Assembly: GCA_964489835.1 (NCBI GenBank)
Contig: CAZBBC010000005.1
Span: 26,123 to 90,122, forward strand
DNA length: 64,000 bases
DNA from: an uncultured Calditrichota bacterium
GTDB taxonomy: Bacteria; Calditrichota; Calditrichia; JAJRVZ01
Reading direction: 5' to 3'
Shown: positions 55,133-64,000 of the stretch, one piece after another
How positions within the stretch are numbered: position 1 is the first letter of the stretch
Layout: every line of letters starts with the position of its first letter
Notes under the pieces: generated by a model
Seen by the model: the letters and a program-made list of their open reading frames with translations, nothing else
Told to the model about the DNA's origin: nothing
The model's database searches: none
Position numbers and translations under genes: made by a program

Positions 55133-57001
55133 TCACACCGCAAACTGCAGTTCATATAAATATTTATATCTCTGACATCGTTTGAGGAGCTCGTCGTGGG
55201 AGCCTTCGTCTAAAATCTGCCCGTTCTCTAATACGAGGATGGTGTCAGAATTCATGATCGTGGATAAACGGTGGGCGATCAGAAAAACGGTGCGGTCTTT
55301 CAATAGATTCTCGATCGCTTCCTGAATGAGTCTTTCGGATTCGGAATCGAGGGAGGACGTCGCTTCGTCAAAGATCAGGATCGGAGGATTTTTCAAAATA
55401 GCCCTAGCGATTGAGATACGCTGTCTCTGCCCCCCGGAAAGACGGATACCTCTCTCTCCGATCATCGTGTCAAAACCTTCGGACATATCTTGGATAAATT
55501 CATGGGCATTGGCCAAATGAGATGCCCGGATGATTTCATCTTTTGAATAATCGGGCAGGCCGTAGGCAATATTATTGGCCACCGTGTCATTGAATAAGAT
55601 CACATCCTGAGTGACGATACCCATCAGACGGCGCAGACTATCCATGGTCATATCACGAATATCCAGATCATCAATTTTTATTGATCCACTTTCTACTTCA
55701 TAAAAACGGGGCAGCAGATTGACCAGAGTCGTTTTACCGGCACCACTTCCACCGACAATAGCGAATTTCCTGTTTTTTTCCACTTCCAGATTAATGTCAT
55801 TGAGTACCAGAGCCCCTTTTGGTGAGTAACGAAACGTCACATTCTCAAAGCGAATGCTCGTTTTAAACTCGGTTTTTGTCAAAGCTCCGGGGTGATCGGT
55901 AATTTCTGCCGGAGTATCCAGGATCTTAAAGACGCGGCGACCGGAAGCCAGTGAAATCTGTATATCATTGTTAAATTGTCCCAATTTTTTGATCGGATCC
56001 ATCAAAGAAAATAAAACGACTATAAAACGTATAAAATCTTCGGAGTTGAGTAACTCACCGGAAAGCACCAGCTGACCACCATACCATAATACACAGACCA
56101 TAATGCCGATTCCCATGGTTTCGGAGAGCGGTCCGGAAAGGCGATTCAGCCGGACCTGTCTGACTACCGCACGGAAATGTTCGAAGGTTTTATGATTAAA
56201 TTTGTCGCTTTCATACTTTTCCATCGAGAATGCTTTAACCACTTTAACCCCGGAAAAAGTCTCCTGCAAAACGGTAGTGACATCGGCCAGGCGTTCCTGT
56301 ACGCGACGGCTTTTTCTTTTCAGACTTTGTCCGATTTTGGTGATCAGAATTCCCGTCAAAGGGAAAACAATAGAAGCGATCAAACTCAATTGCCAGCTGA
56401 TACTGACCAGAAGGGTCACAAAAATGATGATCATAAAGGGATCGCGGATAATCTTGGTAAAGTTGTTCTTCAGAGATTCATTCAAAACATTGATGTCATT
56501 GGTGATTCGTGACATCAGGTTTCCGGTTTGATACTTGCTGAAAAAACTGAGCGGCTGCCAGAGAATATGCTCATAGGTCTGATCGCGCAGATCTTTGATA
56601 AATCCCTGCTCCACCCGGGCAACCCACCACGATTCCAGATAAGCAAAGGTGTTCTTAATCAGAAATGAAAAAAATAAAAAGATACAGAGTATCTTTAATG
56701 TGTCGACTTTACTGTCTCGTTTAAAAAATTTATCGATGCGCAGTTTTAACCACTGATTTAAATCGAATATACTGGTCTCAACTTTTACCGGTTCGGATTC
56801 CACTCGTTGGTTGTTAACGGATTCCTCCGATTCAAAAATCGTATTGATCAAAGGAGCAACCATCCATATCGAGATTGTATTGGAGATAACGAACAGAAAA
56901 TTAAATAACAGCACTAAAAAAATCGTGCGGATATAGGGCCGAAAATAGGATAAAATCCGAAAATATAACCGCCAGCTATTATCATCGGGAATTTTTTTCA
57001 T
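55133..57001 (-). CDS. ABC transporter ATP-binding/permease protein (MsbA-like exporter)
   Basis: 6-TM domain + GGSGAGKTT, LSGGQRQR, ILIFDEATSSLD. Confidence 0.85.
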   Translation of the reverse strand: MKKIPDDNSWRLYFRILSYFRPYIRTIFLVLLFNFLFVISNTISIWMVAPLINTIFESEESVNNQRVESEPVKVETSIFDLNQWLKLRIDKFFKRDSKVDTLKILCIFLFFSFLIKNTFAYLESWWVARVEQGFIKDLRDQTYEHILWQPLSFFSKYQTGNLMSRITNDINVLNESLKNNFTKIIRDPFMIIIFVTLLVSISWQLSLIASIVFPLTGILITKIGQSLKRKSRRVQERLADVTTVLQETFSGVKVVKAFSMEKYESDKFNHKTFEHFRAVVRQVRLNRLSGPLSETMGIGIMVCVLWYGGQLVLSGELLNSEDFIRFIVVLFSLMDPIKKLGQFNNDIQISLASGRRVFKILDTPAEITDHPGALTKTEFKTSIRFENVTFRYSPKGALVLNDINLEVEKNRKFAIVGGSGAGKTTLVNLLPRFYEVESGSIKIDDLDIRDMTMDSLRRLMGIVTQDVILFNDTVANNIAYGLPDYSKDEIIRASHLANAHEFIQDMSEGFDTMIGERGIRLSGGQRQRISIARAILKNPPILIFDEATSSLDSESERLIQEAIENLLKDRTVFLIAHRLSTIMNSDTILVLENGQILDEGSHDELLKRCQRYKYLYELQFAV

Positions 57002-57049
57002 TGAATGCTCACCAGCTTAAAATGGGTAGTTTAAAAAAATAACCACAGA

Positions 57050-57130
57050 GTAAACAGAGTAAATATTTAATATTTATTGAATTAAAGAATTTATTTTTTA
57101 CCCCTCTCTGTGGCCTCTGTGGTTGTGTTT
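57050..57130. repeat. heptamer inverted-repeat element (CACAGAG arms)
   Basis: aaccacagagtaaacagagtaaa ... ccctctctgtggcctctgtggtt. Confidence 0.7.
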
Positions 57131-57285
57131 TTATTATCATTCGGAGAATTTTGGTATTATTTAAAGCTGTTAGTTTTATAATATCTATAATCAAGTTAGT
57201 TTATTTTTTTTATTTATTACAACAAAATTTGATAATTATTTCGTATTTTAGGGCTATAAAATAAAATAGATACAGGTGATCGAAT

Positions 57286-58065
57286 ATGAAAATCTCTATC
57301 TTCCATGTTGATGCATTTGCAAACCAGGCATTTTCCGGCAATCCGGCGGCTGTCTGTCCCCTTGATTACTGGCTGAGCGATGATGATATGCAGAAAATAG
57401 CTGCTGAGAATAATCTTTCGGAAACCGCCTTTTTTGTAAATCGCGGAGACTACTATCAGATACGCTGGTTCACACCGCAGACGGAAGTTGAGTTATGCGG
57501 ACATGCAACATTGGCCAGTGCCTGGGTGATCATGAATAAAATAGAACCCAATAATGCTAAAGTCACCTTCGGAAGCCCCGGTGGAGAATTGATCGTACGC
57601 CGGGAGGCTGATATCTATTTATTGGATTTTCCGGCTCATAAGCCGGGCAAGTGCGAGGTACCTGAGAATTTTGTAAAAGCATTGGGAGCCAAACCGGTGG
57701 AAATTCTAGCTTCAAATTATTACCTGGCCGTCTACAATTCTGAAGAGGAGGTCCACAATTTACGGCCTTATATGAAGCTTCTTAAGGAACTGGACCGCAT
57801 AGGAGTAGTCGTCACTGCACCAGGGAAAGATGTTGATTTTATTTCCCGGTTTTTTGCACCGGCAGTCGGCATTCCGGAAGATCCTGTCACCGGCTCTGCG
57901 CATTGTACGTTAATCCCCTATTGGGCGGAAAAATTGAATAAGAAAAAGATGATCGCCAGACAAATATCCTGCCGCGGTGGTGAACTCCATTGTGAAGACA
58001 AAAACAACCGTGTGATTATTGGTGGAGAGGCAAAACTTTTCCTGGAAGGGCATATTACCTTTTAG
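57286..58065 (+). CDS. PhzF family phenazine-biosynthesis-like isomerase
   Basis: FHVDAFANQAFSGNPAAVC...SETAFF. Confidence 0.85.
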   Translation: MKISIFHVDAFANQAFSGNPAAVCPLDYWLSDDDMQKIAAENNLSETAFFVNRGDYYQIRWFTPQTEVELCGHATLASAWVIMNKIEPNNAKVTFGSPGGELIVRREADIYLLDFPAHKPGKCEVPENFVKALGAKPVEILASNYYLAVYNSEEEVHNLRPYMKLLKELDRIGVVVTAPGKDVDFISRFFAPAVGIPEDPVTGSAHCTLIPYWAEKLNKKKMIARQISCRGGELHCEDKNNRVIIGGEAKLFLEGHITF

Positions 58066-58148
58066 TCCTTTTTTACTTTGTCCGTGATGTCACTCTCTAT
58101 ATATCGTCATTCCTTATTTTGTAGTAACTGAAATCTCCGGATGTTGAA

Positions 58149-58769
58149 ATGAAAATCGAAACCATTACCGTTAGTGCTTTTTCCATGAATTGCTACCTGG
58201 TCATAGATGAGAAAAGCAGGGAAGCCATCTATATAGATCCGGGTGCTGAAGCGGATCTGTTGATCGAGAAAATATCAGACTTTGGCGTTAATCTAACATA
58301 TATTATAAATACCCATGGTCATATTGATCATACCGCGGAAGTTTCCAGAGTAAAAAAGTACTTTAATATACCTTTTTATATGCATCAGGGTGATCAGTCA
58401 TTATTAGAAGCACTACCTGCGCAGGGGGAATTTTTTGGTATAGCTGTGCAGGAGATTCCGGAAGTAACAGACTTTGTTCATGACGGTGATATACTTGAAT
58501 TTGGTAATATCAAGCCGACGATCATTCACACCCCGGGACATTCACCCGGTGGAATTTCTATAAAAATTGATAACCATGTTTTTGTTGGCGACTGTTTGTT
58601 CCTGGATTCGATTGGGCGGACGGATTTGCCGGGAGGGGATTACCAGCAACTCATTCAGTCGATACGGGAGAAATTATTAACACTGCCCGATCTAACCATT
58701 GTATACCCTGGCCATGGCCCTTCGACTACCATCGGCCGGGAACGTCTGCATAATCCATTTTTACAGTAG
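58149..58769 (+). CDS. MBL-fold metallo-hydrolase (glyoxalase II-like)
   Basis: THGHIDH metal-binding motif. Confidence 0.85.
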   Translation: MKIETITVSAFSMNCYLVIDEKSREAIYIDPGAEADLLIEKISDFGVNLTYIINTHGHIDHTAEVSRVKKYFNIPFYMHQGDQSLLEALPAQGEFFGIAVQEIPEVTDFVHDGDILEFGNIKPTIIHTPGHSPGGISIKIDNHVFVGDCLFLDSIGRTDLPGGDYQQLIQSIREKLLTLPDLTIVYPGHGPSTTIGRERLHNPFLQ

Positions 58770-58836
58770 CCGCTAACCTGGATAATTTATTTCTCGCGAG
58801 TGATTATTCAAACATTTAACTTCCAGTGGAGATTAT

Positions 58837-59559
58837 TTGCATCTAAAAAATAAAGTGATATTGATAACCGGTGGTGCTGTTAGGATAGGCAGGGTGATTA
58901 CCCTGGAGATGGTATCTGCCGGTGCAAAGGTATTCTGTCATTATTATAAGAGCGAGCAAGAAGCGGAAGCATTAAAAAATATGGTTCCCGATATACTGTT
59001 AATAAAGGGAGATCTCCGGCAGGTCAGCACCACGAAGTCACTCATCGATGAAGTTGTTCAAATTGCCGGTACCATCGATGTTCTGATTAATAATGCGGCT
59101 GTGTTTATAAAAACTCCATTGGGGACTGTGACAGAAGAAACCTGGGACACATTATTTTCTCTAAATCTGAAAGCCGGTTTTTTCCTGGCACAGGAAGCTG
59201 GCCGGATTATGGTTAAAAACAACAGTGGGAAGATTATCAATATTGCCGATACCAGTGGTTATCGCCCGTTTCCATCTTACATTCCCTATGCTTTAACAAA
59301 GAGCGGCATGATCAGTATGACAAAAGGATTGGCGAAAGCATTGGCACCGTATGTGCAGGTCAATGGTATCAATCCCGGACCGGTGCTTATACCGGAGTCT
59401 TATACAGATGAAGAAAGAAGAAAGGCAGTAGATAAAACATTATTAAAGCGTGAGGGCCGGGCGGAAGATGTGGCTGCCGCGGTAAGATTTTTATTAGAAG
59501 ACGGAGATTATATCACCGGTATTGTTCTGGCGGTCGACGGTGGGCGCAGTCTGAATTAG
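58837..59559 (+). CDS. SDR family oxidoreductase
   Basis: ITGGAVRIGR; NNAA; YxxxK (YALTK). Confidence 0.85.
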   Translation: MHLKNKVILITGGAVRIGRVITLEMVSAGAKVFCHYYKSEQEAEALKNMVPDILLIKGDLRQVSTTKSLIDEVVQIAGTIDVLINNAAVFIKTPLGTVTEETWDTLFSLNLKAGFFLAQEAGRIMVKNNSGKIINIADTSGYRPFPSYIPYALTKSGMISMTKGLAKALAPYVQVNGINPGPVLIPESYTDEERRKAVDKTLLKREGRAEDVAAAVRFLLEDGDYITGIVLAVDGGRSLN

Positions 59560-59667
59560 AAACTTACCTTTGATTTTTGATAATTCTTTTGCTAAAATCT
59601 CAATCTTTATATTAATTACCATATTAGCATTACGCAGCCTATGGCTGCAAACAAAATAAATATTTCT

Positions 59668-59740
59668 AACCCTCCCCCAGCCCCTCCCTGCTTGCAGGGA
59701 GGGGTGTCGACCCGCCTCAGGCGGGGAGACGGGGTGGGTA
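59668..59740 (-). repeat. GC-rich nested-hairpin element, copy 3 (inverted)
   Basis: cccctccctgcttgcagggagggg ... gagacggggtgggt (RC of acccaccccgtctc). Confidence 0.7.
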
Positions 59741-59796
59741 ATAAATCAAATTAGATATCGCAACAAACAATCAAAAAAATACTAGGAAAGAAATAT

Positions 59797-62349
59797 ATGC
59801 CAATACAATTTCAATTACCCCCCTCTTTGGAAAAATTGGGGGAACTGGCTACTAATCTTTGGTTTAGCTGGAATCCGGATGTCCGTGATTTATTTAGGGA
59901 GATCGATCTGGTTTCTTGGAGAAATTGCGGGAGGAATCCCGTTAAATTTCTTTTGGAAATTGATCCATCCAAACTAGAAAAAATATCAACCGATTCTTCT
60001 TTTTTAGAAAAGTTAAACAGCAGCTGGGAAAGGTATAATCAATATATTGAAGAGAAGCAAACAGCCTACGCCAGGAATTATCCAAAAATGCTGGACCATT
60101 CGATTGCCTATTTCTCAACAGAATATGGTATTCACGAATCTCTGCCAAATTATGCCGGTGGTCTTGGGATACTCGCCGGCGATCATACCAAATCTGCCAG
60201 TGATCTGGGACTTCCATTTATTGCTGTCGGTTTGATGTATAAACATGCATACTTTCATCAGCAAATCGATGCACAGGGTAATCAGGTTGAGTTTTATCAG
60301 GAACTTGATTTTGAGCAAATGCCCACGGATCTTGTAGTAACCGCAAATGGTAAACCACTGCTGGTCGCCGTACCACTATTAGATCGTGAAGTATATATCA
60401 AAGTATGGGAAGTTAAAGTCGGGCGGGTTTCCATCTTTCTACTGGATTCGACCGTTGATAAAAATAATGATGAAGATAAAAATATCATTCATAGTCTTTA
60501 TGGTGGTTCCCGGGATACACGGATTCAACAGGAGATTATTCTTGGGATCGGCGGGATGCGTGCGATACGGAAAATGGGTTATCAACCAAGCGTTTTCCAT
60601 ATGAATGAAGGACATTCCGCATTTCTTGGCCTGGAACGTATTTACGAATTGATGAATATTGGCATGGATTACAAAACAGCCCTGGATTACGTCCGCTCGA
60701 CCACTGTTTTTACCACCCATACACCCATACCGGCCGGTAATGAGGCCTTTGAATTTGATATGATTAGTAAATATTTTCAAAATTTATGGCCACAGCTGGA
60801 GATCTCTCATGAGACCTTTTTTGATTTAGGAAGAAATACGAATATTCATCAGCATGAAAATTTTTCACTGACCATCCTCGCCCTTAATCTTTCCAATCAA
60901 TGCAATGGTGTCAGTCGGTTACACGGAGAGGTTTCCCGGAATATGTGGCAAAAGATCTTTCCAGGTGTTCCCACGCCGGAGATACCCATCGGGCATGTAA
61001 CCAATGGTGTTCATCCTTTCACCTGGCTTCACCGGTTTATGATCACCCTCTTTGATCAGTCTTTGGGCCCGGAATGGCGACAGGAAGTACGGAATCAAAA
61101 TTATTGGGATAATATTTATGATATCCCTAACGACGTATTCTGGCGTGTTATGCAGCAAATGAAGGGGGAGATGATTCGACATATCCGGCTGACCTATCAG
61201 GATCGCATCGATCGTTACGGTGACGGTTATGCCGGATATCCGCGGTCAGAAGAGATTTTACAATCTAATATTTTGACCATCGGTTTTGCCCGCAGGTTTG
61301 CCCCTTATAAACGCTCATTGCTGTTTTTTAATGACATTGAGCGGTTAAAGCAAATAATGAATCATTCGGAAAGGCCGGTCCAGATTCTGTTCTCCGGAAA
61401 AGCGCATCCGGCTAATGAAGCGGGCAAAGATCTGATAAGAAGAATCAATGAGCTCTCAAAAGAAGCGGGACTGCGCGGCAATGTAGTCTTTGTAGAAGAC
61501 TATACCATGAATAAAGCCCGGGCCTTGATTTCTGGTGTTGATGTCTGGATGAATACACCACGACGCCCGTTGGAGGCGAGTGGGACCTCCGGACAGAAGG
61601 TACCCATTAATGGAGGGATTAATTTTAGTGTTCTTGATGGATGGTGGTTGGAAGGCTACAACGGACAAAACGGCTGGGCGATCGGTCAGGACAGGCACTA
61701 TGATGACAATGAATTGCAGGATAAAGAAGATGCAGATTCACTGTATGAAATACTGGAAAAAGAAATTGTACCTCTGTTTTATAGAGTAGATGCGAAAGGA
61801 ATTCCCAATGAATGGATTGAGAAAGCAAAACATTCTTTTCATTCGACGATCACAAATTTTAGCGCTCACCGTATGGTTTGGGATTATCTGCAAAAATACT
61901 ATCTGCCGGCAATGAAACGCGCTGAAAAATATTCTCAGGAGGAATATAAAGAGCTGCATCGTTTCTCAACCTGGAAAAAGCGGCTTGAGCGTTTGTGGGG
62001 AAAAATTGAACTGCAGATTAAAAATGGTTCCGGTATGGATGAGGATCGGCGTATTCTATCCGCCGGTGAAGAGCGTGAAATTTCCCTACAGGTTTATTCT
62101 GCTGGGCTCGATCCAAATGATCTTTTGGTGGAAATTGTTCTGGAAAGACAGGATGCCTATCGTGGCCATCAGTCGATGAAAATCATTCCCATGGGGCTGG
62201 TAGCAAGAAATGGTGATAACCAGCTGACATATCATGCGCATGTAATTACTGATAGCGATGGTTCGTACCGGTTTAATTGCCGAATTCTACCGAAACACCC
62301 GGATCTCTACCATAAATACGAAACCAGATTAGTCAAATGGCTGGATTAA
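59797..62349 (+). CDS. glgP: alpha-glucan (glycogen) phosphorylase, GT35
   Basis: N-terminal DUF3417 region (LWFSWNPDVRDLF), PLP region FSGKAHPANEAGKDLI. Confidence 0.9.
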   Translation: MPIQFQLPPSLEKLGELATNLWFSWNPDVRDLFREIDLVSWRNCGRNPVKFLLEIDPSKLEKISTDSSFLEKLNSSWERYNQYIEEKQTAYARNYPKMLDHSIAYFSTEYGIHESLPNYAGGLGILAGDHTKSASDLGLPFIAVGLMYKHAYFHQQIDAQGNQVEFYQELDFEQMPTDLVVTANGKPLLVAVPLLDREVYIKVWEVKVGRVSIFLLDSTVDKNNDEDKNIIHSLYGGSRDTRIQQEIILGIGGMRAIRKMGYQPSVFHMNEGHSAFLGLERIYELMNIGMDYKTALDYVRSTTVFTTHTPIPAGNEAFEFDMISKYFQNLWPQLEISHETFFDLGRNTNIHQHENFSLTILALNLSNQCNGVSRLHGEVSRNMWQKIFPGVPTPEIPIGHVTNGVHPFTWLHRFMITLFDQSLGPEWRQEVRNQNYWDNIYDIPNDVFWRVMQQMKGEMIRHIRLTYQDRIDRYGDGYAGYPRSEEILQSNILTIGFARRFAPYKRSLLFFNDIERLKQIMNHSERPVQILFSGKAHPANEAGKDLIRRINELSKEAGLRGNVVFVEDYTMNKARALISGVDVWMNTPRRPLEASGTSGQKVPINGGINFSVLDGWWLEGYNGQNGWAIGQDRHYDDNELQDKEDADSLYEILEKEIVPLFYRVDAKGIPNEWIEKAKHSFHSTITNFSAHRMVWDYLQKYYLPAMKRAEKYSQEEYKELHRFSTWKKRLERLWGKIELQIKNGSGMDEDRRILSAGEEREISLQVYSAGLDPNDLLVEIVLERQDAYRGHQSMKIIPMGLVARNGDNQLTYHAHVITDSDGSYRFNCRILPKHPDLYHKYETRLVKWLD

Positions 62350-62363
62350 TTCAGGGATTTTAA

Positions 62364-64000
62364 TCACTCTGTCAATTCCGGTTGTGCAAAATACCAGTTC
62401 ATTTCCGGGTAGGTGTGATAAGATCGTCTTTTGGAAAGATCATAGTCAATTTTAAAAGTCGAATTTTTATCATCCAGTTTAAATTGTATCACATCATATC
62501 CGGGGAACTGAAGTAAAATATTGACAGAAATTCTTCCACTGATCCTGGAAAATTCAAACCGGTTATATTTTTCACCCGCCGTATACTCAACACCGATTTT
62601 GCCGGATGTGAAGGGCAGGATAGTGGAAACGAATGCCACTTCCTTAGGAAAATTAGGATGAAAATAAATTTGGTTATTCAGGGCATCCGGCTGATAACCG
62701 ATAAAATCCTGATAAAGATTCCGGATAAATTCAGCCAGGCTCCGGGCCTGGGAAACGGAACCTGATAGGGAAAAATTTCCATTTTCTTTTCCCGGAAGCA
62801 AACCGTGTAACTGCGAATAATTTCCGATGGCATCATCATATAGAATTTGTATTGCTTCATTATAATAAAGGCTAAAGGCTAATTCTTCCTGATTAAAACC
62901 AAGCAGACTGCTGATCTGCGGTCCGGCGAGCCAGTTCCAGACGGTGCCGTTGTGAAATGCCTCCTGCGGAATATAGAATTTTGGTGGGTGATACCAGGGA
63001 TGAAAATCTTTATCTTCCTGTGAAAGAGAAGCAACGCCGTAGCGATAAGTCAGTTGATGGAGCACATTGCTGGTAACGAAAGCCCTTATATTTTCCGGAA
63101 TCAGTGGTTGAATCCCGGGCATACGGGGAATATAAACCGCCAGTATCTGATTTGGCCTCACTTTCCGGTCAGCCGATCCGTCCGCATTAAGGTGGTCATA
63201 CATCTTGTTCTTAAAATCATTCCAAAAGTCGCGGATAAAATTCTCTTTTAACGTCTGAGAAATAGCCAGCCAGTATTCCTTTAATGACTGATCATTATGC
63301 CGCCCGGCAAATATTGATCCGATTTGAAGAGCTGTATACCACAATGCTTGTATTTCGACGGCCCGGTTACCACGCGGAGACAAAGCACCGTCCGGTCCCA
63401 CAGCATCCATCCAGGTTTCAGTCTCCCCATGGATTAAGTAAAAATTTTCATCAATACGGTGGCGAATGGCACCGGTTAGCGCCCGATTTATCACTGGGTA
63501 TATTTGTCGTGAAAATGTTGTATCTCCACTAAATAAGAAATACTCGTAGGCTGAACGAATAAACAACCAGGTCACATCGCTTGTATTATAGTAGACTTCT
63601 TTATCGGTGGTCCTGTTGGGAATACGGCCATACCAGTAGTCATCTTCTATCTGTAACTGAAGGCGGCTGACTGATTCCAAAACCTCTCTGGCTTGTTCAA
63701 ATTTTCCATTGATCAGCAAAGCAGCGGTTAATGAAGTAAAAGTATCTCTTCCCCGGTAATGATTGAATTCAGGCAAACCGGTATGAATTCCACTACTTTT
63801 TGATGTGGTTACCAGAGCATTCAATGATAATTGTGCCCAGGAAATAGCGTCGGTCAACTCCGGTATATTGGTATGGGTGTCGTTGAGTTTAAGAAAGGTA
63901 GCCATACCTCTGATTCTACGCTGTACACAATCTTTATAATTTTCTGTTAAATGGTTGAGCAAACGATCCAGCTTCTCTTCATTTTCATCCACGGCGCCAA
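62364..64000 (-). CDS. amylo-alpha-1,6-glucosidase (GDE_C) family protein; 5' end probably outside window
   Basis: HYRGRDTFTSL GDE_C motif; in-window start would be GTG at 63990-63992; the frame stays open to the window edge. Confidence 0.65.
   Translation of the reverse strand, partial: GAVDENEEKLDRLLNHLTENYKDCVQRRIRGMATFLKLNDTHTNIPELTDAISWAQLSLNALVTTSKSSGIHTGLPEFNHYRGRDTFTSLTAALLINGKFEQAREVLESVSRLQLQIEDDYWYGRIPNRTTDKEVYYNTSDVTWLFIRSAYEYFLFSGDTTFSRQIYPVINRALTGAIRHRIDENFYLIHGETETWMDAVGPDGALSPRGNRAVEIQALWYTALQIGSIFAGRHNDQSLKEYWLAISQTLKENFIRDFWNDFKNKMYDHLNADGSADRKVRPNQILAVYIPRMPGIQPLIPENIRAFVTSNVLHQLTYRYGVASLSQEDKDFHPWYHPPKFYIPQEAFHNGTVWNWLAGPQISSLLGFNQEELAFSLYYNEAIQILYDDAIGNYSQLHGLLPGKENGNFSLSGSVSQARSLAEFIRNLYQDFIGYQPDALNNQIYFHPNFPKEVAFVSTILPFTSGKIGVEYTAGEKYNRFEFSRISGRISVNILLQFPGYDVIQFKLDDKNSTFKIDYDLSKRRSYHTYPEMNWYFAQPELTE

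Noticed and set aside
13907-57130. Interpretation of the repeat families as insertion sequences or MITEs with a mobile_element call
   Set aside because: No transposase, integrase or recombinase ORF is in the window, and no target-site duplications are evident. Arm covariation between copies argues for structural or functional conservation, not recent transposition. They are reported as repeats.

Overview
This 64-kb window is a chromosomal fragment, about 40% GC, most likely from an FCB-group (Bacteroidota-like) bacterium. The taxonomic clues are two proteins with type IX secretion (T9SS) C-terminal sorting domains, a fused ccoNO cbb3 oxidase gene, and a TonB-dependent receptor with a CarbopepD_reg/plug N-terminus. 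I found no transposase, integrase, CRISPR array, rRNA or tRNA.

Gene content by region:
- 1-19 kb: an uninterrupted minus-strand locus of secreted glycan-processing-type enzymes. It holds a TAT-signal FAD oxidoreductase, two Gfo/Idh/MocA oxidoreductases, a BNR sialidase-like hydrolase, two URO-D-family proteins, a HAD hydrolase, and a 1265-aa PQQ-propeller/PA14 lipoprotein next to a LolCDE/MacB-type ABC pair. A cspA gene with a clean terminator also sits here.
- 19-22 kb: an unusual APC permease fused to EIIA and TrkA_C domains, and a TerC-family protein.
- 22-31 kb: an outer-membrane protein, TonB-dependent receptor and DUF4249-like triad, a T9SS-targeted heparinase II/III-like protein, and a lipoprotein with a Met/Gly-rich tail.
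- 31-34 kb: an ECF sigma, anti-sigma, CpxP-like envelope-stress module with a 4x LTXXQ repeat protein.
- 34.5-43.8 kb: a complete cbb3 cytochrome oxidase cluster (ccoI-ccoS-ccoNO-ccoQ-ccoP-ccoG-fixH plus a Cys-rich small protein), with a 21-bp-stem hairpin and U-tract between ccoNO and ccoQ.
- 44-64 kb: housekeeping genes (dipeptide epimerase, ilvE, GT9 and GT22-like glycosyltransferases, a T9SS M1 aminopeptidase, CYTH, xth, msbA-like, PhzF, MBL, SDR, glgP, partial GDE).

I could not identify a canonical defence system. The feature I could not explain with known elements, and found most interesting, is the density of intergenic structured repeat families. These are:
- heptamer inverted-repeat elements (CACGAAG, CACGGAT and CACAGAG variants) whose arms co-vary between copies;
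- a roughly 95-bp gene-end element with copies about 97% identical;
- nested GC-rich hairpin elements;
- a GACAGGAT-flanked hairpin motif;
- TTGGGA/TCCCAA long palindromes;
- a four-site ATCCTC-GTA-GAGGAT palindrome array.
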